DNA of 64,000 nucleotides from Octopus vulgaris (Eukaryota): NCBI GenBank assembly GCA_951406725.2, contig OX597821.1, positions 78,368,001 to 78,432,000 of the forward strand, read 5' to 3'. Shown piece by piece: positions 13,766 to 26,165 of this stretch (position 1 is its first letter; each line of letters starts with the position of its first letter). The notes under the pieces were generated by a model. It saw only the letters and a program-made list of their open reading frames with translations, ran no database searches and was not told where the DNA came from. The position numbers and the translations under genes were made by a program.

Positions 13766-15627
13766 CTGAAATAAAATAAAGATTTTTTTAAAATCAACTA
13801 AAATACAGATTGTGTTTATGTGTGCTTTTCGCATTGTCATTTAGAGGAAAAATACATTTTCGATGCCGAAAGTAAATGTTTGAAACGTATAATTACATAA
13901 AAACCAATCAGGACTAAATGAAACAATTTTAATATGCAAATGCAATTAACGGAACATATCTAATTATCAGAGAATACAGTGTTAGCTTGATTAGTTTCGC
14001 CTTCGGTGTCTATCAATGAAGGTGCAAAATACACTTTATGGCCGTATGCAATTTACTGGGTATTTATTTAATATTACGGGTATTTTATAAATACCTTGTT
14101 GCATTTTAGGTACCTGGCTTTTAAGGTAACTTCACAATTATAATATATTTTAAAGGAAAATCATGAAGATTGTGCCTCAGTGATAAAGACAACAAGAGGG
14201 ACTTTGCAGAGAGGATGAGGAAGAATTCAACAATATGTCAAGGTGTAATTTCGAACGCTAATAGTGAATAGGGGCTATATATATATAGTTTTAATTGGTT
14301 AAACATTCCAATCAAATCCTCCTCCAAGTGCAAAAGTAATAGACCTGGGATGATTAGTTTGTACATAATTGAAGCATCATGCACAATCATATAGGTTAGC
14401 TGCACTGCAGATGTGAATGTCTTCTAAAATCAACAAATATAAGATTATCTATGGACAACAATTGAGGAACCACTTTCTCCTCTATCCTGATGATAGCCAT
14501 AATCATTCGTGCAATTGGTTATGTTAGTAAATGTTAAAGGAACACTCTAGAAAAATTAGATGTTCAAACAAAAGTATATACATTAATAATTAATAAATAA
14601 ACACACTCTAACTTCAAAGTTCATTAGAAAACAAATATATTACTTACCTGTAGGATCCTCTCTGTAAAGAATTTTGTAAGTTGTATCATTTAGAACTTGT
14701 GCTTTCATCGCATACCATGAAGTCCCAGACACCCGGATGTGAATCTTGCTAAAACTGAAAGTCATGTATTACAAGTGATGAATTGAATAAGAAAATATTT
14801 TATGATTTTATTTACTACAATTAGTTCTGCCTAATGAAATCATTGAGTTTATCTTTTTATATTTGACATTAGTGAATATATCGTCACTGATGGATAATTG
14901 TAATTTAGAGATATCAGATAGTTCTCTCATAATTAGCTTCAGTTCGGCTATCATCAAGCAGATCTATAATCAAAAGCTATTCCAGCCACGACCATCACGT
15001 CATATTTCTTCTCAAAACACAGTTCGCCTAGGACTACATTGTCCAATTATGATACAGCGCTATTTTAGTAAGATTTTATTGTTATATGACAAGCAACTCT
15101 CTCTGTCTTCTAAATTGTTTTAGAGAATATATTATTATATCATTCCCCGTTTGATCTACTTCATTTTTGGCAAGTGCATCTGCATTTGCAGCATACTGTA
15201 GCAAGCCTTGTTCCCTGTTTACGAAATACTCTGTCAAGTTTCTTCTTTCTCTGTCGTTGCACTCCTGTACGTTTATCGAGCCACGGCCAATCTGGCTCTA
15301 CATGTACAACCTGTATACGGTCACCTTAGAGTAGAGAATATAATGCTTTGCCATCGTCATCCCAGGATCGTGGTAGGATCGTGTTGGTCAAACTCCGTTT
15401 GTGTCCATCTCATAATGGGTGCAGGCTTGAAGAATCGTTAGCATGTAGGGCGATATGCTTAGCAGTATTTCGTTCGTTGCTACGTTCTGAGATCAAATTC
15501 CAGTGAGGTCAACTTTGCTTTTCATCCATTCGGCTCCGATAAATTAAGTACCAGTTCAGTACTGGAGTCAATGTAATCGACTAGTCTCTTCCCCCAAAAT
15601 TCAGGCCTTGTGCCTATAGAAGAAAGG

Positions 15628-15684
<57 letters not shown>

Positions 15685-16235
15685 GAGTGTAAGAGCAGTG
15701 CATGCCATCAAAGTGACACTGGGGTAAAATATACGAAGTCCAGTATACCCATCAAGTATACCAATCAATACCCGTCTAATAAGGGTACAATAGACACATG
15801 CATCACAATCATATGTGCGCGTCATGGTGATCTCTTATCAAGATAAACAGTACATGACCTTGCAGGTATGGCCCAGTTAGAGTTTTCTTCTGGTTGAGTA
15901 ACCCATCCCACTCAACCGGTCCCTGAATAAGGCAGTTGAACGAAACACCCATGTTTCCAGAGCTGAATTATTCAAACCCCAAAGAATCCCTCTCAACATG
16001 GCTATGATACTCCCCCACTACTTCTACTCATGATCAGAGATGCACATATCGTCAGCCACTAAGGGACATGCTCAACTTGTTAAGGTCAAACAACTGACAA
16101 GCAAATATGTGGTATTGAGCAGAATATTTGCTGTAGCCCGTCTTTTATACCAAGACAAAACAATGTACATGATTACACTTCCAATCAGTTAAGATCAGAA
16201 GCCATTAGGGCCACTGCCTGGTACTGCATCAGTGC

Positions 16236-16319
<84 letters not shown>

Positions 16320-18609
16320 TCTCTTCTTTCAATTTTGTTTCCATTACATACCAAGTCAACTTGGAAGCAATGTCACTTACTGAATAATCTTAGGTCGCTC
16401 GATTTAGTTGGGATTAGAGATCGGCGAAAGTAGGATTAGTTATCTTTGATGTCTGTTGAGATCCAACGGTTGGCTGAAAGGATTATTCTTTGAATCTCAA
16501 AATACAGTTCATTATCCTAGATCCAGTTAGTAAGTCGGTAGTCCTCGACTTGAGAAGTATCAGTGAGTGGTGATGACATATATGTTGTCACCTTTGCCCG
16601 ACTGTGACAATGTGACCTGATTTATTTCTCAGATGTCTAAAAGCTTTCTTGGACACGTTCTTGAATCTCTGCAACTAGTGTCTGAACGGAAATGCATTCT
16701 AGAAACATTGCAGGAATGCGTGGTGCTAACTCAAAGGCTGTAGATAACTATTAGGTTGTCAAAAAAGTTCTTGCGGTTTTTAACCTTTAAATTCTGATGC
16801 ACATATCTCGGCCGAAACAAAACTTTATTAATCGAAATAAACACCATCAGAATCAACACACCTTTGCCAACGCGAAACAAGTTTAGTTATGCCAGTAGCG
16901 TAAAAATCCAGCATTCTGGTGGCGATGAAATCGTTCAAGGTGTGTTTGGCATCTTGTCTGATGTAACATTTCTCACGCACGAAGTTGTAGAGATGCTCCA
17001 GAAAGTGGTAGTCGGCAGGCGAGAGGTCTGGTGAGTATGGCGGATGAGGCAGAGTTTCGTAGCCCAATTCCTTCAACTTCTGGAGGAGCAACTGTGCGAC
17101 GTGCCGCCGAGCGATGTCGTGGAGAAGAATTGGGTCTATTCTGTTGTTCAATACTGGCTGTTGTTGTCGGAGTTTCTTATGCATTTCATCCATTTGTTGA
17201 CAGTACTTCTCCGCCGTAATGGTTTCGCCTGGATCCAAAAAGCTGTGATGGAAGAGACCGGCCGTAGACCACCAAACAGTCACCATACCCTTCGTTTGGT
17301 GCAACTTTGGCTTCGGGAATTGCCGTGGAGCTTTGCTGGCGTCCAACCACTGAGCTGAGCGTCGCCGGTTGTCGTAAAGAATCTACTTTTAATCGCAAGT
17401 CAAAATCTGGTCGAGAAACTGGTCGTTCTTGTTGCGTAGAAGAAGGGAAAATGACACTTCCAAACGGCGTTTTTTTTTTTTTTTTGGTTGTTGTTCAATT
17501 CGTGCGGCACCCATTTCCCAAGTATCTTTATTTTTCCAATCTCCTTCTAGTGATTGGAAATTGTCGTTTGCGTTACGTCTAATTCAGAAGCAAGATCTCG
17601 AACAGTTGTGCGTGGATTGCCTTCGACTAAGGCTCTTAGGTGACCGTTGTCAACATGCGATGACCGACCACTACCCTTATCATCTTCAAGACTCGTCACC
17701 GCTACGAAATGTCTTGAACTACCATTGTGCTGTGCGTTCATTAATGGTTCCTGGACCAAACGCATCGCTGATATCGCGAGCTGTATAAGCAGCTTTTTGG
17801 CCTAGCTTGAAATGGAATAATAAAATTCTGCGAATTTGCTTTTTGTCCATGTTGTATTCAACGTTCCGGAAAAAATGGCCTAACTATTGTAAAAGAAAAA
17901 GAGTGGCACGATTAGATAAAGCGAAAAATGGGCTTTACAATTATATATAAAGTCAAAGTAATTTAACGACAATGAATTTGAAAATATATCATTTAAAACC
18001 AAAATAAAAAATTCCGCAAGAACTTTCTTGAGAGCCTACTATATTTCTCTGATGTTCCTGAGTAGACAAGAAACAACTATAGTAGGCCGTCCAAATCGTA
18101 TCTGGATAAAATATTTGTTACGCCAGCTGCTAAGCATAGGTTTCAAATTGGTTGCCTGCACAAAACATAATTTTGTGATCTGTTCATTTGACCTTGTGAA
18201 GAGTCGGTCACCGGAAGGCGAATGTTTCATTCTCAGCGCCACACAAAGATTACAATTAGTTGTCCGAATTAGAAAAAAGTAGTGAATTAGTTATGGAGAA
18301 GCTGATAGGGGAAATTACCTATTTTTTTATTACTCACAAGGGGCTAAACATAGACGGGACAAAGAAGGACAGGCATAGGTAATAAGTCGATTACATCGAC
18401 CCCAGTGCGTAACTGGTACTTAATCTATCGACCCCGAAAGGATGAAATGCAAAGTCGACCTCAGCAGAATTTGAACTCACAACGTAACGGCAGACGAAAA
18501 TACCACTAAGCATTTCGCCCGGCGTGTTAACGATTCTGCCAGCTCGAGACCTTGATAGGGGAAATTACCACTTATGCATTTGTGATCACTTGTCACTATC
18601 AATTAAAAG

Positions 18610-18680
<71 letters not shown>

Positions 18681-18685
18681 AATCG

Positions 18686-18730
<45 letters not shown>

Positions 18731-21031
18731 CAATCATCATTTAAATATGATTTAAAGTAGGATCGATACGGTTGGAAATAATGAGGCAAGTTGTATTTAC
18801 TTTTGTTCCATAATGTTTTGAGTTCGAACCCTGGCACATTCATCTTGTCATTTATTTTCCAGGATCGACAAAAGAACACTAGTCAATTTCTAAGATTGAT
18901 GTATTTAACTGTACCATTTTCCCGAAATGTGTACCTACTTGTCTATGTGAGAAAACGTAATTACTAACACAGAAAAAGTATTGGTGCAAATAAAGAAAAT
19001 GGAATTAATATATACTCGTCCTTGAAACTGTATATTACTGTTAAGTTTCCAAACCATGGTTCTTCAATAAGGTTACTCTCATTAAACCACGAGGTATAAT
19101 TTGTCCCTCTTCCATCAAATGTTAATGATTTAACGTCCATATTATCCTTTCTCATAATCACTTTCACCTAAAAATGAAAGATGAAAAAAGATCAACAAGA
19201 AATCTGGCAGTGAGAGAGAAAGAAGGCGAGCATGAGATCAAATGAGAAAGGAGGAAGATAAGAGAAATATAGAGAGTAGAAGTATGGAGACAGAGAGAGG
19301 GGCGGTTTGATGGAGAGCGAGAAATGGAGAGAGAAAGAGAGGAAATGAAGAAAGATGATTGTAAGAAATTAATGGCAAGAAAATGCGTGGGTTTCGTTTA
19401 GAGAGACAGAATTCTAGGGAAATATATACATGCAGTTTTGTGTACCTTATGGAAGATTGAAGTGGATGACAAACTAATACATATTCTTTTCTATTCGAAG
19501 GCACAAGGCCTGAAATTTTGGGGAGGGGGCCAGTCAATTAGATCGACCCTAGTACGCAACTGGTACTTAATTTACCGATCCCGAAAGGATGAAAGGCAAA
19601 GTCGACCCCGGCAGAATTTGAACTCAGAACGTAAAGGCAGACGAAATATCTATTTCTTTACTGCCCACAAGGGGCTACGCACAGACGGGACAAACAAAGA
19701 CAGACAAACGGATTAATTCGATTATATCGACTGCAGTGCGTAACTAGTACTTATTTAATCGACCCCGAAAGGATGAAAGGCAACGTTCACCTCGGTGGAA
19801 TTTAAACACAGAAGGTTTCGTCCAGCATGCTAACGTTTCTCCCAGCTAGCCGCCTTATAATTTTTCTACTCTAGTCACAAGGTCCGAAATATTTAGGGAG
19901 GAGGCCAGTCGATTATATCGACCCCAGTGCGTAACTGGTACTTAATTTATCGACCCCGAAAGGATGGAAGGCAAAGTCGAAATCGGCGGAATTTGAACTC
20001 AGAACGTAGCAGCAGGCGAAACACCGCTAAGCATTTCTCCCGGCGTGCTAACGATTCTGCCAGCTCGCCGCCTTCAAACTAATACATATTGATTTAAGAG
20101 TAACTGTGTGAATTTTGTTGCATCAGTAGGGAAAGTATTTTATTTTATTTCTTTGAACAAAGATTCAAGGACGCGTATGGAACTGAAATATCTGCAAACG
20201 TTACTTGCAATGTCATAGTATTCTTAGCGGAGAAGTCATTCCCAATTTCGTTACAGCGTTGCTAACAAAGAATCAAGATCTGGAAGACATGCGAACGGAC
20301 AAATATACGTGCGTGTATATGTATGATATATTTAATATGTCGTTACGCCTAACACAGCCCGGATCTTTTCACTTTCAACGGCAGATCGAGAAATTAATTT
20401 TTTGTAACTAAACACTTTCAAACTTCAGACACTGGTAGAATGTGTCACATAGAACATCATTTACTCTTAGTGTTGTTGAGAAAGTTTACATTTTCAAAGT
20501 TATTTCGTGTTAAAGTTGTTGTATTTCGGTAATTTCAACCAATCAATGACATGTATTCAGCCGAATAAAATTACTGCCGTTGTTTGTCAACAACTATCGG
20601 CGGTGTATATTTCGTTTGTCACTGTTATTTATGGCATCGTTCATGCGTTTGTACTGGTTTTAGCTTTAGGGTTTTAGGGTTAGGGGTTACGGTTGAGTTG
20701 GGTTGTAGGGTTAGATTTACGGAAAAAACTGAAAAATGAAGAAATTGGAGTGGGGGGGGGGTGGACAAAAAATCTTTCCAAAAATAGTAACTGAAAAACA
20801 GGAGAAAACACCCCCTAAAAGCAGTAGAAATGCACGAACGATTATGGTGGGGCCATGAAGTAAACATGCTTCAGATACACTCGTTTGTTTATACAAATGT
20901 AACTGAGATGAACTATGTCATAAATAACAGTGACAAACTATACACTGCCGATAATTGTTGACAAACAACAGCAGTAATTTTATTCAGATGAATACACGAC
21001 ATTGATTGGTTGAAATATATATATATATATA

Positions 21032-21067
<36 letters not shown>

Positions 21068-24007
21068 AATATATGTATGTATGTGTGTGTGAAGGCGCGT
21101 GGACTTGTGATTATGGCATTCGGCTCACGATTGTAAGGTTGTGAGTTCAATTCCAGGCGACGCGTTGTCCTTTATTTCATGTTGCTCCAGTTTACTCAGC
21201 TGGCAAAAATGAGTAATACATGTATTTCCAATGGCCAGCCTTGTCACACTCTGTGTCACGCTGAATCTCCCCGAGAACTAAGTTAAGGATACACGTCTGT
21301 GGAGTGCTCAGCTACTTGCACGTTAATTTCACGAGCAAGCTGTTCCGTTGATCAGATCAGCTGGGACCCTCGTCATCGTAACCGACCGTGTGCTGCTTTA
21401 TATATGTACATATATAGAAACACACATGCGCGCGCACACACACACATATGTGAATGTTGTCCCAGACATATATTATCTTCTACTCTAGGCACAAAATCCG
21501 GAACTTTTGGGGAGGTGGCCAGTCGATTAGATCGACCGCAGTACGCAGCTGGTACTTAATTTATCGACCCCAAAAGATGAAAGGCAACGTCGACCTCACC
21601 GGAATTTGATCCCAGAACGTAAAGTCAGAAGAAATACTGCTAAGCATTTCGCTCGGCATGCTAACGTTTCTTATTTCTTTTCTGCCCACAAGGGACTACA
21701 CACAGAGGGGACAAACAAAGGCAGACAAACGGATTAAGTCGATTATATCGACTCCAGTGCGTAATTGGTACTTATTTAATCGACCCCGAAAGGATGAAAG
21801 GCAAAGTCGACCTCGGCGGAATTTGAACTCAGAACGTAGCGGCAGACGAAATACCGCTAGGCATTTCGGCCGGTGTGCTAACGTTTCTGCCAGCTTGCCG
21901 CCTTAGTCAAAGGGATATATCTATATATATAAAACTCTAGTTGTGTGAGTGTCTGTCCCCTTCGATTTAGATTCCTAACTCCTCCCACATTTTGCGGTGC
22001 AGTTTAACCAAATTCGGGTATCTTATAGTCGTGATTAATATCGAGCCCGTCTGGCTATTAGCGCGCGTCTACGATGAGTCTACGATTTTAAAAATAATTT
22101 AACATCATTTTTTATTCCATTTTAATGCATAATTTTCGTGTGTCGATGACGGCGAAGTTGGCGTCCACGCTCAAACACCTGCACCTGTGTTTGCTTCTCC
22201 CCCTTCTTCCCTCCCTCGTGAAGCTATGGGGAAGGGAGTGTAAGGAAATCAATGTCGTAAAGCGTTGTCAAGGAGACCAGCGTTCTTTTAGAACAACGAC
22301 TTCATGGCTTGAAGACACCAAAATAGAAATGGCTAAGAAAGCCCGAATTGGCATCTATAAGGGAAGTAAGTCTCTAAAAATGCTTATATAGTTATTTCCC
22401 TTACAAACCGAGCAACGCCGGGCGATACTGCTAGTTGTATATCAAAAATGTTTTCTTTAGCGTCTCAGTTGTCCCGTTTCAAGGTAAGAGTATAAGAGAA
22501 GACTTAGGTAAGCAGAAAAATGTTTTGATTTGTGATCAAATTCCCACTTCTGTGAGTGAAGAAATTTCCACTCAACAAGAACGGTATAGAACGTCACCAA
22601 CTACTGTTAAGAAAATGTTTATTTCCTAGAACATCTTTAATCAGACGACTACCAGAAAGACAAATAGTGTTTTCAGACATTGACTTGGTCGAATCCTGTC
22701 TTGTCTCTGGAACATTTCCTGAGTCTTGTGTTCTCTTTCTTAATGAATTTACATTAAATTTCAAAAATCGAATTTTTAAAAATCTTGTAACCCATATAGT
22801 TCCTTCCGCCATAGTTAATTTCACTGCATTTGTTGCCCATTTATGTTCCGACACTGCACACGCATATAATTTCTTACATACTCATATATACGCTTATAGA
22901 CACATGTGCCAAAACATGCTTATTGTTACACATACACACCAACAAATATATAATGGCCGAGAATGTCACTCGGCCTACTAAATGTAGCAGTTATATTTCA
23001 ATACAATTACACTCTCCTCTCTTCAAAGAGGAATGTGGAATTGAATAAGCTAAACCCAGAGCTAAGTCGTAACAACAACAACAACAACAACAACATACAC
23101 TTCAAACTCCCCTGTTCTTTTCCGCCAGTTTCTTCATGATGTACATATTTCTCTGAATATTAAAAAGTCAACCGGGCTATTTGCAAAACCTGACAGAGTT
23201 ATTTACATTCATCATCAACCAAACCATTCCAGAGCTAGCTTTTTCTGCTTATCAAAATCTCCAGTATTTACCTACACAAATGAGTTGTCCTAATCTTTAA
23301 AAACTGCGATGGTGTCTCCCATTCCCAAGAAAGGGAGTTTCTTTGAACCAGACATCCAACAAACGTCCTTACACTCCAAGATCTCAAAATCAATAGAATC
23401 AATAAAGAACAATCACATTCTACATCACTTTGGGTTTCTCTTTCTCCCTCCCTCTCTCTCATTCTCTCCCTCCTCAGACTTTTACAAGGAGAAGCGTTGC
23501 TGCGATCCTTAAAACCAGCAGAACCATGACCATACTTGGTATAAGAACCTTTTGGCTACATTGCTATCTATGTTGCTATCTACATTGCTATCTACATTGC
23601 TTCGTCTTAACGATTTCACATTTGTCACATTATTTTATCGATTCTTGTTGTAGTGAAAGGCAAAGTTGACCTTTGAATATTTTTCGTGGAGGATGACATA
23701 TGACCCAAGATGTTCCAATCTTGAACTTTCACAAAATGTTGCTTCTCAGGAAACAGTACTCAAGATTAGATATTTTCTGATTTGTAGTAGATTTGTCTGA
23801 TATTTCCATGAAACCAAACGATTGCATGGAGTTTCTCTCGTTGGTTGAACATTTTAGTTGCTAAGTATTTACGGTTATCTATCTTTGAGCTTTCTCGGTA
23901 AAAAATATAACCAAATAAGAATATTTGTGGGCGTGTTTATTTCTGTGTCAGCTTGTGCGCGCGTGCGTAGTGCCCAAATGTGTGTATGTGTGTGTGTGTG
24001 TGTGTGC

Positions 24008-24058
<51 letters not shown>

Positions 24059-24250
24059 AGATCGGTAGCCGCTACACATTTTTTCTCTCCTTATTTCTCT
24101 CCTTGTTTTTTTTTTCTGTGTCCTTTTCTGTAGAAGAGCGTAGGTTCGAAACGTAAAAGACTTTTTCTATTCCTGAGCGTTATACTAATACATCTGTTTG
24201 TTTTGTACACCACCTGTCTTCGTCATTTGTTTTTTCGTGAACTCTCCCCC

Positions 24251-24287
<37 letters not shown>

Positions 24288-26036
24288 ATATATATATATA
24301 TATATACATGTGTGTATGTATACGTAAGTGTGATTGTTTTTGTATATGTGTATGGATGCCGAAGCAAATACTATAGGACTTGAAGGAGCTAAACTGAGTC
24401 AGCCTGGAACGCGTGGTTCAAACACCAACAGCGTCAACAATATCAAGAAATTAAATTAGATATACAATGGCAATATCGAGAGGAAAATATAAAAGTGATC
24501 ACACCCAAGACAATAGTTGACAGCTATGTAAACTGTTTATTAAAAGATAATCATAATGAAATTTTGAAAATGTATTACCTTGTCAATAGGCAAAATCTCC
24601 CAGTCTTTATAAATAGGACTCTTATCAACCGACGTTTTGTTGAACACGAATATTTTCTGCCAGCCTGAACCTGTATGAGTCATGAATAGTAATGATTTAA
24701 ATGTAAAGGAAGGGACAAACTCTTTAAGAAATTTTATTAAGACTTTGAAAGAAATATGTTAATTTGTTATACAGTAGAGTGAAACTATTACTTTTATTTA
24801 GAAATCTTTATTTTTATATTCGATATAAAATTTTCCCAAGATTCATTTAAACATTTTTGATTTTTCGTTTCTATTTCACTAATTTCAGAATTTGGTATTC
24901 AAATGAAATACGAGAACTTAGTTGTTGTTATTTAGCACCATATCAACGCCGATTGAGAAAACTTATAGGAAAAGTTGTTCTAGCCATGACCATCCCGTCC
25001 GTATGTTATAAATTTCGTATCTTGAACAAAATAATGTAGTGTTTACCATTCTTTTCAAAATGATAGGATGAAATATCAGGGAGGTTTGTTTTATATTTCA
25101 AGCAGGTCGATCGACCACAGTAGGTCTGACAATAAATCGATAAAATATTCTATTGAAAGAATTATGAATAAAGACAAATTGATAAAGATAATGACGATAT
25201 AAATAGAAAAACTAAAATAGTTCTTATCGACACCATCTGCACGAAAATCAATAGTTTGTTTTGTGTTAAAATATTGAATGCAAGAATTATAAAATGTTAA
25301 CTACAAATGATTCAGTTGTGAAAGAAAAATACGTGATAATAGTCTTTAAATGATGTAATTTTAATTATTTTGTGAGAAACGGAAATTAATGCCTGACAAG
25401 TTACGATAATTTTATGACCTTTTTAAAGCAAAGTATTGTCTTTTATGCACTTGTCTAAACTGTAAAGAGAGATATTTCTTTATTTGTCAGTGATATTTCT
25501 TTATTTGAAACTGTAAAGAGAGAACCACTTAGTACATGTACAAAAATGTAATCTGATTAATGAACTGGAATAGTTTAGTGAATAAGTCAGAGAAAGCATG
25601 GAGAGATAAATGAACTCATTCATTTAGTAATATTATTGTAATATGCTCGAAAACACAGTTAATCAGACACGCAGATACATACATAAAAGAAAATCTGATT
25701 TTACTCACTGCTTCCAGAGAACCTGATGAAAGATAAACAATTGCATGCAGCATTCCCAAGTTCGTCGCTGTACAACAATTTATGCATTTTGCACGGTCCA
25801 TTACAATAGCTAAAATAATCACACTTGTCATTCATCATACACCGTACTGAACATTCTGTGACGGATGAGGTATATTCGGTTGCTACCACTGGAAATGTCC
25901 AGCATACTGACGTGGATGTCTTCCGGAAAAGTTGTCCGTCATTGTTTGGCTCACTAGTTCTAAAGATCACGAGCAAAATAATTGCGAAAACTTGCAGACG
26001 ACTGAGAATCATATGGTTTTGATTTGACGTTTCCAT
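13695..26036 (-). CDS. Gene A: secreted PAN/apple-domain protein with uncharacterised C-terminal domain, 249 aa; join complement(25709..26036,24579..24670,19016..19167,14648..14754,13695..13765)
   Basis: All four introns are GT-AG and the frame is open across 750 nt. Protein: METSNQNHMILSRLQVFAIILLVIFRTSEP...ECSVRCMMNDKCDYFSYCNGPC...CNC...|SSGWQKIF...DWEILPIDK|VKVIM...FDGRGTNYTSWF...EPW...|DFSKIHI...|VASSKTVLETVDIYILLQQSSNN*. Exon lengths and phases match paralog B. Confidence 0.9.
14648..14754 (-). CDS. Gene A coding exon 4
   Basis: tttcAG acceptor, GTAAGT donor, 107 nt (same as B), phases 2/1 keep the frame open. Confidence 0.85.
15445..15630 (+). mobile_element. tRNA-derived SINE (Meta-domain-like core) ending in (TTA)n
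   Basis: B-box-like gagatcaaattcc followed by tttgcttttcatccattcgg...gataaattaagtacc. Confidence 0.7.
15685..16240. repeat. Unclassified interspersed repeat bounded by (TTA)n/(CAT)n
   Basis: Complex sequence inserted between trinucleotide tracts; no ORF. Confidence 0.4.
16751..18039 (-). mobile_element. Full-length (~1.29 kb) mariner transposon with disrupted DD34D transposase (17850->16828), in gene A intron 3
   Basis: Imperfect ~29-bp TIRs (ttaggttgtcaaaaaagttcttgcgg / ccgcaagaactttcttgagagcctac) flanked by TA; MDKKQIR.., LLHDIARRH, HPPYSPDLSPADY. Confidence 0.92.
18320..18550 (-). mobile_element. tRNA-derived SINE (Meta-like core)
   Basis: cgaccccgaaaggatgaaa..aagtcgacctc..gaatttgaactc. 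Confidence 0.85.
19016..19167 (-). CDS. Gene A coding exon 3
   Basis: ttttAG acceptor, GTATAT donor, 152 nt; VKVIMRKDNMDVKSLTFDGRGTNYTSWFNESNLIEEPW, 20/50 identical to gene B exon 3. Confidence 0.9.
19485..20075 (-). mobile_element. Tandem/nested cluster of three Meta-like SINE copies
   Basis: Core gaaaggatg(a/g)aaggca repeated at ~19585, 19770 and 19960. Confidence 0.85.
20340..21016. mobile_element. Foldback/MITE-like element with ~110-bp inverted arms and an internal TTAGGG-like tract
   Basis: 20532-20644 is an inverted copy of 20908-21016; ttaggg variants at 20665-20715. Confidence 0.65.
21090..21390 (+). mobile_element. tRNA-derived SINE (second family; related copy at 31215-31460)
   Basis: tRNA-like head ...gtgagttcaattcc, then atttcatgttgctccagt..actcagctggcaaaaatg shared with ~31320. 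Confidence 0.75.
21475..21905 (-). mobile_element. Two tandem Meta-like SINE copies
   Basis: Core repeated at ~21565 and 21781. Confidence 0.85.
21920..22434 (+). mobile_element. Non-autonomous Helitron
   Basis: 5' TC(TATATATAAA) start; 3' hairpin ccgagcaacgccggg followed by CTAG; inserted at A|T. Confidence 0.8.
24060..24250 (+). mobile_element. Solo Penelope pLTR fragment (same family as 46530-46685)
   Basis: gaagagcgtagg(t/c)tcgaaacgtaaaagac...catctgtttgt shared between the two copies. Confidence 0.7.
24579..24670 (-). CDS. Gene A coding exon 2
   Basis: ctcatacAG acceptor and GTAATAC donor, both the same as in gene B exon 2; 92 nt; SGWQKIFVFNKTSVDKSPIYKDWEILPIDK. Confidence 0.9.
25709..26036 (-). 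CDS. Gene A coding exon 1 (signal peptide + PAN/apple-like domain)
   Basis: Acceptor tttttcAG just upstream of ATG 26036; hydrophobic leader; CxxxC-x5-C-x5-C-x3-C core; donor GTGAGT after 25709 (phase 1); 328 nt. Confidence 0.92.
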
Positions 26037-26062
26037 TCCTGAAAAAAAAAAATACAAATGTG

Positions 26063-26103
<41 letters not shown>

Positions 26104-26107
26104 ATGT

Positions 26108-26159
<52 letters not shown>

Positions 26160-26165
<6 letters not shown>

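Noticed and set aside
21090-21160. tRNA genes at SINE heads (also 31215 and 38558)
   Set aside because: A/B boxes continue into SINE bodies; no complete cloverleaf.
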